A program made the position numbers and the translations under genes. From positions 1,600,001 through 1,664,000 of the forward strand of contig OZ241892.1 of the NCBI GenBank assembly GCA_965203485.1: a DNA stretch of 64,000 nt. The letters are read 5' to 3'. How positions within the stretch are numbered: position 1 is the stretch's first letter; each line of letters starts with the position of its first letter. The DNA comes from Longimicrobiales bacterium (GTDB lineage Bacteria; Gemmatimonadota; Gemmatimonadetes; Longimicrobiales; Gaopeijiaceae). The notes under the pieces are model-generated. The model had not been told where the DNA came from and did not search any database. It was given only the letters and a program-made list of their open reading frames with translations. Below, one piece after another: positions 29,526 through 39,404 of the stretch.

Positions 29526-30912
29526 TCGAAGGCCGCGCCGGACGTCTCGGCTCGTCTGGAGCGCTGTCGCGGCGCTCGCGTTCGGTGGCGGCATGCTCGC
29601 GACTTGGAAGCAAGCGCTCCCCTGGCGCTTGGCCCGCGACGGCGTCAAGTCGCTCGCTAGAGCCGTGGCGGTGCACACGGAGGACAGCCTGGATCGGTCG
29701 AGATGGCTTTTCGCGGATGTTGCGGCGAGCGACGCGGGGGCGAGCCGGTTTCCAGCGGTGACCACCGAGGGAATGAGAGACCGCGTCGTCGCGGGAGGCG
29801 GCCGGTGGCAGTTCGGCGAACACTGCCCCGACGGCTGCTTGGCCGTCGAGTACGCGGGACCGGCCGACATCGGACGCGCTACACCCTTCAGGCCCGAGCT
29901 GCTGCGTGCCGCCGTGATCGCCGAAGCGCAGTACGAGAAGACGTTGGGCGCGAGCAGCGACGAGGTGATCCAACCGTTCTACATGAGTTCGTATCCCAAC
30001 GGAGACCTGCTCGCAACCTTCTACTACGCCGACTTCCACTTCCCGTCGTTCGCGGGAGTGGCCCGTCTGGACCGCGCGGGGCGCCCTATTTGGTACCGGC
30101 GCGACTACAGCCACCACGAGCCCCATGTCGCGGCGGGAGACACCGCCTTGGTTCCGGGCCTCAAGTTCGAGGATGAAGTGGAGTTGCCCGGCAACCTGGC
30201 AACTTGGCGCTGCCGTCCTCACGCCACTTACGTGGACGTGGTGGACGTGCTCGACCCGGACGGCGGGCTCGTCGAGCGGATATCCGTGCTCGACGCCTTC
30301 CTGGCGTCGCCTTGGGCCAGCGTGCTGACCGCTGCGGACCCCTGCGATCCTTTCCACCTGAACTCCGTCTCGCTGGTGCGCGACGACGTCTCGGGGCTCG
30401 GCGACGTGCGCCCCGGCGACATCGTGCTTTCGCTCAAGCACTTGAGCGCCGTCGCGATCCTCGACAGGCGCACCCATGCGTTGAAGCGCTACGTCAGGGG
30501 CACGTTCTCGCAGCAGCACAGCGTCAAGCACCTGCGCGGGTCCAACTTCGTCATGTTCGACAACCGCGGCGGCTACGGGGGTCGGCGCGGCGAGCGCTAC
30601 CCCTACTCCCGGGCGCTCGTCGTGGACTTGGCCACGGGCGAGGAGACGGTCGTCTTTCCGAAGAGCGGTTCGGAGCGCTACGGGAACTGGCACTCGCTCG
30701 GGCGCGGCCGGATATCGGTATCGCCCCGGGGCGACCGGATGCTCGCGTCCTACACGCGACTCGGCCGGGCCGTCGAAGTGCGCATCGAAGACGGCGAAGT
30801 TCTGGCCGAGTTCAACTTGCTCCACGACATGCGGAAGTTCGGGCGGGCGGACGGCCGCGCGATCCACTTTCAGCACGGCAATCTCTTCTATGTCCGCGAA
30901 GCATCCCGTTAG
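29500..30912 (+). CDS. Arylsulfotransferase (ASST)-like protein, copy 2
   Basis: PNGDLL, DYSHHE, DPFHLNSV, GDIVLSLKH, QQHSV, VMFDN; clearly paralogous to copy 1. Confidence 0.8.
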   Translation: MIRLDHAGSRRPRRTSRLVWSAVAALAFGGGMLATWKQALPWRLARDGVKSLARAVAVHTEDSLDRSRWLFADVAASDAGASRFPAVTTEGMRDRVVAGGGRWQFGEHCPDGCLAVEYAGPADIGRATPFRPELLRAAVIAEAQYEKTLGASSDEVIQPFYMSSYPNGDLLATFYYADFHFPSFAGVARLDRAGRPIWYRRDYSHHEPHVAAGDTALVPGLKFEDEVELPGNLATWRCRPHATYVDVVDVLDPDGGLVERISVLDAFLASPWASVLTAADPCDPFHLNSVSLVRDDVSGLGDVRPGDIVLSLKHLSAVAILDRRTHALKRYVRGTFSQQHSVKHLRGSNFVMFDNRGGYGGRRGERYPYSRALVVDLATGEETVVFPKSGSERYGNWHSLGRGRISVSPRGDRMLASYTRLGRAVEVRIEDGEVLAEFNLLHDMRKFGRADGRAIHFQHGNLFYVREASR

Positions 30913-30971
30913 CCCGAAGTTCTGGAATCGATAACGCCGTAAGTCGTTTCGGTTCGTCTGAAGCGCGGCCC

Positions 30972-31363
30972 GAATGCGCAGGGTCGGGCCGACGTAGGAC
31001 GCGCTACGCCCTTCGGGCCCGAGCTGCTGCGTGCGGCCATGGTCGCCGAGTCGCGGTACGAGAAGACGTTGGGCGCGAGCAGCGGCAACGTGATCACGCC
31101 GTTCTGCATGACCTCGTACCCCAATCGCGACTTGCTCGCAACCCTCTTGTACGCCGGCTTCCACTTCCCGTCGTACGCGGGAGTGGCTCGTCTGGACCGC
31201 GCGGGGCGCCCTATTCGGTACCGGCGCGACTACAGCCGCCACGAACCTCATGTCGCGGCGGGAGACACCGCCTGGTTCCGGGCGTCAAGCTGGAGGAAGA
31301 CCCGGCGCTGCCCGGAACCTGGGCACGCGGCGTTGCCGCAAGCACGCCGCGTTCGTGGACTTG
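30972..31363 (+). pseudogene. Internal fragment of a third ASST-like copy
   Basis: DNA aligns by eye to about 29848-30240 (YEKTLGASS, FHFPS.AGVARLDRAGRPI, HEPHVAAGDTA), with indels and both ends missing. Confidence 0.8.
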
Positions 31364-31383
31364 CTGGAGCGGCCTCGTGCCCG

Positions 31384-32952
31384 CTACTCCCACTCGATCG
31401 TGGACGGCGGCTTCGAGCTGACGTCGTAGGCGACGCGGTTGACGCCGGCGACCTCGTTGACGATGCGGCCCGACGCTTTCCGCAGAAGGCTGGGCTCGAA
31501 CGCGTACCAGTCCGCCGTCATGCCGTCGGTGGAAGTGACGGCGCGCAGGACCACTGCGCTCTCGTAGGTGCGCGCATCGCCCATCACGCCGACCGAGCGC
31601 ACGGGCAACAGCACCGCGAACGCCTGCCAGATCGCGTCGTAGAGGCCCGCCGCTTCGATCTCTTCCAAGAAGATGGCGTCCGCCTCGCGCAACACGGCCA
31701 AGCGTTCCTCCGACACGGGACCCAGCACGCGGACCGCCAAGCCGGGGCCCGGAAACGGATGGCGGCCGACGATCCGCTCGCCTAGGCCCAGCTCGCGGCC
31801 CACCCGCCTGACTTCGTCCTTGAAGAGGTCGCGCAGGGGCTCGACGAGCTCGAAGGCCATGTCGCCGGGGAGCCCCCCCACGTTGTGGTGCGTCTTGATG
31901 ACCGCCGATGGGCCGCCGGACGACGCGGACTCGATCACGTCCGGGTACAGGGTGCCCTGCACGAGAAAGCGCGCCTCCGCGCCGATTTCCCGCGCAGTGC
32001 GCTCGAAGACGCGCACGAAGCGTTCGCCGATGACCCTTCGCTTGCGCTCGGGGTCGGCAATGCCCTCCAAGGCTCCGAGGAACTCCGCCGCCGCGTCGAC
32101 GACGACCAAGCGGGAGCTCTCGAAGGCCCGCTCCACCAGCGCTCGCTCGCCCTTGCGCAGAAGCCCCGTGTCCACGAAGACGCACGTCAGCGCGTCTCCG
32201 ACGGCCCGGCCGACCAACGCGGCCGCCACGGCCGAGTCGACGCCTCCGGAGAGTCCCGCCACGACGGCCGCGTCGCCCACCGCCGCCCGGATCCGCTCGA
32301 CCGCCTCGGCCGCGAACGCTCCCGGCGTCCAATCTCCCGCGCATCCGCAAATGCGGAAAAGGAAGTTGCGGACGATCTCGGCGCCCCGGGGCGTGTGGGC
32401 GACTTCGGGATGGAACTGCACGCCGTAGACGGGCCTGCCGGCACGCCGGAAGCCGGCGACGGGAAGGTCGGGCGTGGACGCGAGAACTTCGAAGCCGGGC
32501 GGCGGCTCGTCCACGTGATCGCCGTGGGAGCACCAGACTTCCGTCGTCTCGCCGCGCGCGAAGCCGTGGAAGAGGTCGCCGGGCTCGTGGACGCGAAGCG
32601 AGGCACGCCCGTATTCGCGCTTGCCGGCGCGAACCGCCCCGCCGGCGTCCAGCGCGAGAAGCTGCATCCCGTAGCAGATTCCCAAGACGGGAACGCCCAA
32701 CGACAGCAACCGAGGATCCAGGGCCGGGGCTCCGTCGCCGTACGCCGACGCCGGACCACCCGACAGGACCACGCCCTTCGGCGCGGCGTCCAGGGGCACG
32801 GCGTCCAACGCTTCCGGCGGCCGTATCTCGCAGAACACGTTGGCTTCGCGAATCCGCCGGGCAATGAGCTGAGTGAACTGGGAGCCGTAGTCGACGACGA
32901 GGACGCGCTCGTGCACGGTCATCTCCGGGGTGGCGCAAGCGGGCTCGCCCAT
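31384..32952 (-). CDS. guaA: GMP synthase (glutamine-hydrolysing)
   Basis: [59 protein letters not shown]. Start could be a downstream ATG. Confidence 0.97.
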   Translation of the reverse strand: MGEPACATPEMTVHERVLVVDYGSQFTQLIARRIREANVFCEIRPPEALDAVPLDAAPKGVVLSGGPASAYGDGAPALDPRLLSLGVPVLGICYGMQLLALDAGGAVRAGKREYGRASLRVHEPGDLFHGFARGETTEVWCSHGDHVDEPPPGFEVLASTPDLPVAGFRRAGRPVYGVQFHPEVAHTPRGAEIVRNFLFRICGCAGDWTPGAFAAEAVERIRAAVGDAAVVAGLSGGVDSAVAAALVGRAVGDALTCVFVDTGLLRKGERALVERAFESSRLVVVDAAAEFLGALEGIADPERKRRVIGERFVRVFERTAREIGAEARFLVQGTLYPDVIESASSGGPSAVIKTHHNVGGLPGDMAFELVEPLRDLFKDEVRRVGRELGLGERIVGRHPFPGPGLAVRVLGPVSEERLAVLREADAIFLEEIEAAGLYDAIWQAFAVLLPVRSVGVMGDARTYESAVVLRAVTSTDGMTADWYAFEPSLLRKASGRIVNEVAGVNRVAYDVSSKPPSTIEWE

Positions 32953-33062
32953 CGGCGAAGGAGGCGTTGCGGACGGTGGAGCGCGGAGCGGCGAACGACC
33001 GCCCGTGGACGCCCAAACTTATGCCGCGCGGCGCCGACGGCGCGCAAGGCGCCGACGGATGT

Positions 33063-34415
33063 TCAGGGCCTCGGAGCCGCCGTCGGCCGCCGGGCCGGCT
33101 CCTCCGCGCGTCGGGTGGTCTCTACCGGACCGGGAATGCCTCCGCGCCCAGTTGGGCGCCACGCCGTCTCGCCCCGGACCAAGTCCTCGTAGGCCTCTCG
33201 CGTCCGAACCAGCCGGGGCACGCCTTCGTGCACCATGACTTCGGCGGGCCGCGGACGGGAATTGTAGTTGGACGCCATGGAGAAGCCGTACGCGCCGGCG
33301 GCCCGCAAGCACAGGAGAGCGCCCGGACGCGGCAACGGCAGGCACCGGCGCCGGGCCAGGAAGTCGCCGCTTTCGCAGACGGGGCCGACGACGTCCACGC
33401 GGCTGGGCGCTCCCTGCCCTGCCGGGTCCACGAGCTCGAGGGGGTGGGCGGCGCCGTAGTAGCTGGGCCGCACGAAGTCGGTCATGCCCGCGTCCACGAC
33501 CACGAACGTCTTGCCGCCGGACCGCTTGACGTGCAGGACGCGCGTCAAGAGCACGCCCGCGCCGGCGACGAGCGAACGCCCCGGCTCGACCACCAGCGAC
33601 AGTCCGCTGCCGGCGATCAGGCTCGATGCCGCGCCGCCGAGTTCGTCCAGGTCCAGCTCGGCGCCGTCCCCGTCCGCGACCGCAAATCCGCCTCCCAGGT
33701 CCGCGTAGCGAAGCTGGGCGTCGCCATCCCGGCGGCACCGCTCGGCCACGGCAAGCGTCGTCTTCAAGGCGTCCAGGAAGGGACGGATCTCCCGCACTTG
33801 GGAGCCGATGTGGACGCAGACGCCCACCGGATCGAGAAAGGCGTCGTTGCGCGCGGCGCGGTACAGCTCGGCGGCTTCCGCAGGAGGAACGCCGAACTTC
33901 GCGGCGGCGTGGCCGGTCTGCGTGTACTCGTGAGTGGGACTGCGCACGCCTGGGTTGACGCGCGCGGCGAAGCGGGCCGGCCTTCCGGCGCGGCGGGCGA
34001 CGGACGCAAGCAACGCCATCTCCGCCGCGCTCTCGACGTGGAACGACAGGATGTCCGCCTCGAGGGCGCGTTCCATTTCGCGGGCCGTCTTGCCCACGCC
34101 CGCGAAGACGATGCGCTCCGCCGCCATTCCGGCCCGAAGGCAACGATACAGCTCGCCGCCGCTCACCACGTCGGCGCCCGCCCCGTGGCGTGCCAGCAAG
34201 TCGAGCACCGCCAACGACGAGTTGGCCTTGGCGGAGTACGCGACCAGGGGATTCTGCGGCGCGAACGCGCGGCGCATCGCCTCGAGGCGTCCTACGATCT
34301 CGCCGCCGCCGTACACGTAGAGCGGCGTGCCGTGCTCGTCCGCGAGCGCGGCAAGCGAACAGGGGCCGCAGTGGAGGACGCCCCCGCGCCGCGCGAAGGA
34401 GCCGCCGTCCTTCAA
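33063..34415 (-). CDS. lysA: Diaminopimelate decarboxylase
   Basis: GTPLYVY, YSAKAN, DVVSGGE, KFG, HIGSQ, DLGGG, EPGR, GPVCESGD, GAYGFSMASNYNSR. TTG overlaps the proS stop. Confidence 0.95.
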   Translation of the reverse strand: MKDGGSFARRGGVLHCGPCSLAALADEHGTPLYVYGGGEIVGRLEAMRRAFAPQNPLVAYSAKANSSLAVLDLLARHGAGADVVSGGELYRCLRAGMAAERIVFAGVGKTAREMERALEADILSFHVESAAEMALLASVARRAGRPARFAARVNPGVRSPTHEYTQTGHAAAKFGVPPAEAAELYRAARNDAFLDPVGVCVHIGSQVREIRPFLDALKTTLAVAERCRRDGDAQLRYADLGGGFAVADGDGAELDLDELGGAASSLIAGSGLSLVVEPGRSLVAGAGVLLTRVLHVKRSGGKTFVVVDAGMTDFVRPSYYGAAHPLELVDPAGQGAPSRVDVVGPVCESGDFLARRRCLPLPRPGALLCLRAAGAYGFSMASNYNSRPRPAEVMVHEGVPRLVRTREAYEDLVRGETAWRPTGRGGIPGPVETTRRAEEPARRPTAAPRP

Positions 34416-35878
34416 TAGGCGCGCGCCCAGACGACTTCCATGCGCGCCTTCCCGCCGCCAGCGCACTTCTCCGGCGCCCTGGGCGAGCGGAACTCCTCGT
34501 CCGGAACGACCCGGATCGTGGCCTTCGCCTCCTCCTTGGCCCGCTTCTCGACCTCGGGATCGCCGCTCCAGCCCGAGTACACGAAGCCGGCGCCCTCGTC
34601 CAGCAGCCCCGCAAGCTCCGCGACCGACGCCACCTCCTGCCGCACCGTGAGCGCTTCGCGACGGGCCAAGGCTTCTCGCCGCAACTGGTTCTGGAGAGCG
34701 GCCAGCCGCGCCGCCATGCCGCCAACCGCGGCCGCTTCGGGCAACGTCTCCTTGCGGGGCGTCCCGTCGACGGCCACGCGAGAGACGACGACCACTTCGC
34801 CCCGCGCCATGTCGCGGGGACCGACTTCCAGCCGTACCGGCGCACCCTTTCGCTCCCAGTCGAAGAAGCGGGCGCCGAGCGACATGTCGAGCCGCTTGTC
34901 CAGCCGGACGCGCACGCCTTCGCCCTGCAGAGCGGACACCAGCTCCGCGCCCTTGGCCAGCACGCCCGCGGCCTCGCCGCCGGCGGCGATCGGCAGCGCC
35001 ACGACCTGCGAGGGCGCCAGCTGCGGCGGGACGACGACGCCCGCGTCGTCGCCATGGGTCATCACGAGCCCGCCCACCAAGCGGGTGGACGCGCCCCACG
35101 AGGTGTTCCACGCGAATTCCTCCTTGCCGTCCCGGTTCTGGAAGGTCAGGCCGAACTGCTTGGCGAAATTCTGCCCCAGCATGTGCGACGTGGCGGCCTG
35201 GAGCGCCTTTCCGTCCTGCATGAGGGCCTCGCACGCGTAGCTGCGCACCGAGCCGGCGAACCTCTCGGCGTCCGTCTTCGTGCCCGTCACGGGGGGCATG
35301 GCCATCCAGTCCTCCATGAAGCGGCGGTAGCAACCCAAGATGGTGCGCGCCTCGGCGTCGGCCTCGTCTTCGCAGGCGTGCGCGGTGTGGCCCTCCTGCC
35401 AGAGGAACTCGGCGGTGCGGAGAAAGAGCCGCGTGCGCAACTCCCACCGCATGACGTTGCACCACTGGTTCAGCAGCAGCGGCAGGTCGCGGTAGCTCTG
35501 CACCCACTTGGCGTACATCGAGTAGATGATGGTCTCCGACGTGGGGCGGACGACGTACGGCTCGTCGAGCTCCTTGCCGCCGGCGTGCGTGACCACGGCG
35601 AGTTCGGGCTTGAAGCCCTCCACGTGCTCCTTCTCGCGCTCGATGAAGCTCATGGGAATGAGCAGGGGGAAGTAGGCGTTCTCGTGTCCCGTGGCCTTGA
35701 ACATGTCGTCGAGAGCGCGTTGCATGCGCTCCCATATCCCGTAGCCCCACGGACGGACGACCATGCTTCCCCGGACCGGGGAGTAGTCCGCGAGCTCGGC
35801 GCGCTGCACCACTTCGTTGTACCAAGCGCTGAAGTCCTCGCTCCTCGGCGTGAACCCCTTGCCCTTTCGCTTCGCCAT
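34412..35878 (-). CDS. proS: Proline--tRNA ligase (archaeal/eukaryotic type)
   Basis: DFSAWY, RPTSET, FLRTAEFLWQEGHTAH, ALQAATSHMLGQNF, TSWGASTR, C-terminal ARAY. Confidence 0.97.
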   Translation of the reverse strand: MAKRKGKGFTPRSEDFSAWYNEVVQRAELADYSPVRGSMVVRPWGYGIWERMQRALDDMFKATGHENAYFPLLIPMSFIEREKEHVEGFKPELAVVTHAGGKELDEPYVVRPTSETIIYSMYAKWVQSYRDLPLLLNQWCNVMRWELRTRLFLRTAEFLWQEGHTAHACEDEADAEARTILGCYRRFMEDWMAMPPVTGTKTDAERFAGSVRSYACEALMQDGKALQAATSHMLGQNFAKQFGLTFQNRDGKEEFAWNTSWGASTRLVGGLVMTHGDDAGVVVPPQLAPSQVVALPIAAGGEAAGVLAKGAELVSALQGEGVRVRLDKRLDMSLGARFFDWERKGAPVRLEVGPRDMARGEVVVVSRVAVDGTPRKETLPEAAAVGGMAARLAALQNQLRREALARREALTVRQEVASVAELAGLLDEGAGFVYSGWSGDPEVEKRAKEEAKATIRVVPDEEFRSPRAPEKCAGGGKARMEVVWARAY

Positions 35879-37176
35879 CAGCTGTCTCCCTGTGCGTAGA
35901 GCGATTCCAGGGGCACGGTCTCTTGCGCGCCCGTCCCCAAGTGGCGGACGGTGGCCGAGTCCGAAGCGGCCTCGCGGGGGCCCACGACCACGGCGTGCCG
36001 GGCTCCCGACCGGGCCGCCGCGGCCAGCTGCTTGCGAAGGCTGCTCGACCGCAAGGCGCACGAGACCGAGCGTCCCGCGTCCCGCAGGCGCCGGCAAGCC
36101 TCAAGCGCGAGAAGCCGCTGCTCGTCCCCGACCCACGTCACGAAGTAGTCGAGTGGCGGCGCGCCGCCGGGAGCCAAGCCGCGGGCCGCGAGCAGTTCGC
36201 CCAGCACGACGTCGCCCATGCCGAATCCGGCGGCGGGCAGCGGCTCGCCCCCGAAGCGGCCCAGCAACCCGTCGTAGCGGCCGCCGCCGCAGACGGCGCG
36301 CAGCTCGCCCGCCCGGTCGAATATCTCGAAGACGATGCCGGTGTAGTAGGCCAGTCCGCGCACGATGGCAAAGTCGAACCGGGTGAAGTCGCCCGCGCCC
36401 AGCGCACCCAGGATTTCGGCATGCTCCTCGAGCGGCTCGGCCGCGGCGCGGACGGCCGGGGCGTCGCCGAAGCGGCGGGCAAGACCGGATGCGGACGCCG
36501 GGCGACCACCGGTCCCGGACGCCAGCCCGAGCAGTTCCTCCGCGGCGGCGGGCGGCGCGCCGGCCTCCTCGAGACGGCGGCGGGCGGCTTCGCGCGGCGT
36601 TCGCCCCGCCTTGTCGATCGCGGCCAAGCAGGCGTCCTCGCTTCCGGGCGGCACGCCCAGCGCGCCCAGCACGGCGGCGACCAGGCGGCGGTCGTTCACG
36701 CGGGCCACGAAGTCGTCCGGGCCCAGCCCGAGCGCGCGCACCGCGTCCACCGCCACCGCCAGGACTTCGGCGTCGGCCGCGACGCCCGCTTCGCCGACGA
36801 TGTCGACGTTGAGCTGGAAGTGCTCGCGCAACCTGCCCCGCTGGCTGCGCTCGTAGCGGAACAGCTGAGGAATCGAGAACCAGCGGATCGGCTTGGCCAT
36901 GGCCCGGCTGCGCGACCCGAGCATGCGCGCCAGCGTGGGCGTCATCTCGGGCCGGAGCGCGACGTGGCGGTCGCCTTGGTCGCGAAAGGCATAGAGCTGG
37001 CCGGCGATCTCGGGACCGCTCTTCTCGGCGTAGAGGGCGAACGGCTCGAGCGGCGGTCCGTCGTACTCCGAAAAGCCCCAAGCGCGCGCGACCTCGCGCC
37101 ACCGCGCGAACACGTAGTTGCGGACGGCCATCGCGTCGGGGCCGAACTCGCGAAAGCCCGGCAGCTTGGCGGTCAC
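35878..37176 (-). CDS. hisS: Histidine--tRNA ligase
   Basis: LRPEMTP, FRYERSQRGRLREHFQ, RGLAYYTG, GGGRYD, GFGMG. Confidence 0.96.
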   Translation of the reverse strand: MTAKLPGFREFGPDAMAVRNYVFARWREVARAWGFSEYDGPPLEPFALYAEKSGPEIAGQLYAFRDQGDRHVALRPEMTPTLARMLGSRSRAMAKPIRWFSIPQLFRYERSQRGRLREHFQLNVDIVGEAGVAADAEVLAVAVDAVRALGLGPDDFVARVNDRRLVAAVLGALGVPPGSEDACLAAIDKAGRTPREAARRRLEEAGAPPAAAEELLGLASGTGGRPASASGLARRFGDAPAVRAAAEPLEEHAEILGALGAGDFTRFDFAIVRGLAYYTGIVFEIFDRAGELRAVCGGGRYDGLLGRFGGEPLPAAGFGMGDVVLGELLAARGLAPGGAPPLDYFVTWVGDEQRLLALEACRRLRDAGRSVSCALRSSSLRKQLAAAARSGARHAVVVGPREAASDSATVRHLGTGAQETVPLESLYAQGDS

Positions 37177-37192
37177 GACGGCGGCGCCAATG

Positions 37193-38527
37193 CTACTTGG
37201 AAGGGACCGGGGTCTGCCCCAGGACCGAGAGCACGTCGCCCACCGTGTGGCACGAGCCGGTCACCACGACCGTGCCGCCGTCCTCGGCCAGGTCCCGGGC
37301 CCGCTTGGCGGCGACGGCAACCTGCTCCACGATCTCGATTGGGGCGCCCGTGCCCGCGCCCTCGGCCACCACGCGCGGGTTCCAGACGCGCTCCCGGGGC
37401 GCCGAAAGCGGGACCGTGAAGACGGCGTGGTCGGCCCGCTCGAGCAACGGGGGCAACATCCGCGCCCAGTCCTTGTCGCCCAAGACGCCCAGGAGGACCA
37501 CGAGCGGCCGCTCCAGGCCCAGGTCGTCCAGAGCCCGCGTCAGCGCGTGGACGCCCGCGACGTTGTGGGCGACGTCGAAGAGGTAGCGGACGCCTTCGAC
37601 GTCGCGCACGTCGCTTCGGCCCGGCCACTCCACCTCGGCCACGCCCCGCAACACGGCCTCTCGAGAAGGAGGCGGCGACAGGAGCTCCAGGGCCCGGAGC
37701 GCCACGGCGGTGTTGGCGGCTTGGTGCGCCCCGGCCAAGGGCGTCCCCACCTCGATCTCGCCCCACTCGGCGGAGACGTAGCGGAAGCGGCTGCCTCCCG
37801 CCGCCACGCGAAGGTCGATCACGTCGCGCTCCGGGTCGACGCGGTGGAGAGGAGCCCCTACCCTGTCGGCACGCGCCTCGATCTCGTCCATCACCTCGGC
37901 GGCGCTCTCGACGGTCACGGCCGGAATCCCGGGCTTGACGATGCCGGCCTTCTCGCGAGCGATTGCGGCCAGCGTTCGTCCGAGGTGCTCCTGGTGGTCC
38001 ATCGCAACGTTGGTGATCGCGACCACGTCGGGCGAGACGACGTTGGTAGCGTCGAGCCTGCCCCCGAGTCCGACCTCGATGCAGGCCACGTCCACGTCCT
38101 CCTCGGCGAAGATCGAGAATGCGAGCAACGTCCACGACTCGAAGAAGGACATCTTGAGGCGGGCGGCGAGCGGGGCGACCAGCGCGTTCGCGGTGCGCGC
38201 GAGCCGAGCCGACGACAACGGGCGGCCGTCGACCAGAATGCGCTCGCGGAACGAGCACAGATGGGGCGACGTGTAGAGCCCGACGCGCGCGCCGTCCTTT
38301 GCCAGCACCGAGGCCCAGGTCGAGGCCACGGACCCCTTGCCGTTCGTGCCGCCGACGTGCAGGGTGCGGTACTTGCGGTGCGGCGAAGCGAGGGAGGCCA
38401 GCGCGGTGGTCATGCGTTCGAGCCCCCAGTCGATCCGCATCTCCACGCCGGGGAACAGCGCCTCGCCCAGCCGGTCCGACCGGGGCACGCGCCCGTGGCG
38501 TTGCCCGTACGAGACGCGTTGCGTCAT
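37193..38527 (-). CDS. folC: Folylpolyglutamate synthase/dihydrofolate synthase
   Basis: HVGGTNGKGS, YTSPHL, EVGLGGRLDATN, IAREKAGI, DVAHN, VTGS. Confidence 0.95.
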   Translation of the reverse strand: MTQRVSYGQRHGRVPRSDRLGEALFPGVEMRIDWGLERMTTALASLASPHRKYRTLHVGGTNGKGSVASTWASVLAKDGARVGLYTSPHLCSFRERILVDGRPLSSARLARTANALVAPLAARLKMSFFESWTLLAFSIFAEEDVDVACIEVGLGGRLDATNVVSPDVVAITNVAMDHQEHLGRTLAAIAREKAGIVKPGIPAVTVESAAEVMDEIEARADRVGAPLHRVDPERDVIDLRVAAGGSRFRYVSAEWGEIEVGTPLAGAHQAANTAVALRALELLSPPPSREAVLRGVAEVEWPGRSDVRDVEGVRYLFDVAHNVAGVHALTRALDDLGLERPLVVLLGVLGDKDWARMLPPLLERADHAVFTVPLSAPRERVWNPRVVAEGAGTGAPIEIVEQVAVAAKRARDLAEDGGTVVVTGSCHTVGDVLSVLGQTPVPSK

Positions 38528-39381
38528 GCGCGCGGCTTCCAGCCCGCCCAGGCGTGGCGGAGCAGCTGGCCCACGGCGGACTTGAGTTCGCGGCGGTCCA
38601 CGACGCGGTCCACCATGCCGTGCGCTTCCAGGAACTCGGCGCTCTGAAAGTCCGGGGGAAGCTCCTGCTTGATCGTCTCCTCGATGACGCGCGGCCCCGC
38701 GAAGCCGATCAGCGCGCCGGGCTCGGCCAGGTTGAAGTCGCCGAGCATCGCGTACGAAGCGGTGACGCCGCCCGTCGTGGGGTGCGTGAGGATCGAGACG
38801 TACGGAAGTCCTCGTTCGTGCAGCCGCGCCAGCACGGACGAGGTCTTCGCCATCTGCATCAGCGAGAAGACGCCCTCCATCATCCTCGCCCCGCCCGAGG
38901 CGCTCACGACGACCAACGGCGTCTCGCGCTCGATGGCGCACCGGCCGGCCCTGGCGATCTTCTCGCCAACGACCGAGCCCATCGATCCCCCTATGAACGC
39001 GAAGTCCATGACGGCCAGCGACGCCGGGATGCCCTCGATGCGGCAACGGCCCGCCACGACGGCTTCGTTGCGGCCCGTCTTGCGGCGGGCCGCCTCAAGC
39101 CGGTCGGGATAGGACTTGAGATCGCGGAAGCCCAGCGGGTCGCCGCTCTTCATGCCCTCGTCGGCCTCCTCGAACGAGCCCGGATCGGCCAGCAGCTCAA
39201 CGTAGCGGCCGGCCTCTATTCGCAGGTGGTTCCCGCACTCGGGGCAGACGCCCAAGTTGCGCGCGAGGCGCTCGCGATAGAGGATCTCGCCGCAACCGGC
39301 GCACTTCTCGAACACGTCGCGCGGCAAGTCGCGGCGTTCCCGAGCCGTGAGGGGCTTCTTCTGCTGTCTGAACCAAGCCAA
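38524..39381 (-). CDS. accD: Acetyl-CoA carboxylase carboxyltransferase beta subunit
   Basis: Zn finger CAGC...CPEC, FIGGSMGSVVGEK, SGGARMMEG, PTTGGVTAS, GFAGPRVIE. TTG start inferred. Confidence 0.96.
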   Translation of the reverse strand: MAWFRQQKKPLTARERRDLPRDVFEKCAGCGEILYRERLARNLGVCPECGNHLRIEAGRYVELLADPGSFEEADEGMKSGDPLGFRDLKSYPDRLEAARRKTGRNEAVVAGRCRIEGIPASLAVMDFAFIGGSMGSVVGEKIARAGRCAIERETPLVVVSASGGARMMEGVFSLMQMAKTSSVLARLHERGLPYVSILTHPTTGGVTASYAMLGDFNLAEPGALIGFAGPRVIEETIKQELPPDFQSAEFLEAHGMVDRVVDRRELKSAVGQLLRHAWAGWKPRA

Positions 39382-39404
39382 CGGTGAGCCCCTTTCGGCG
39401 TCCT

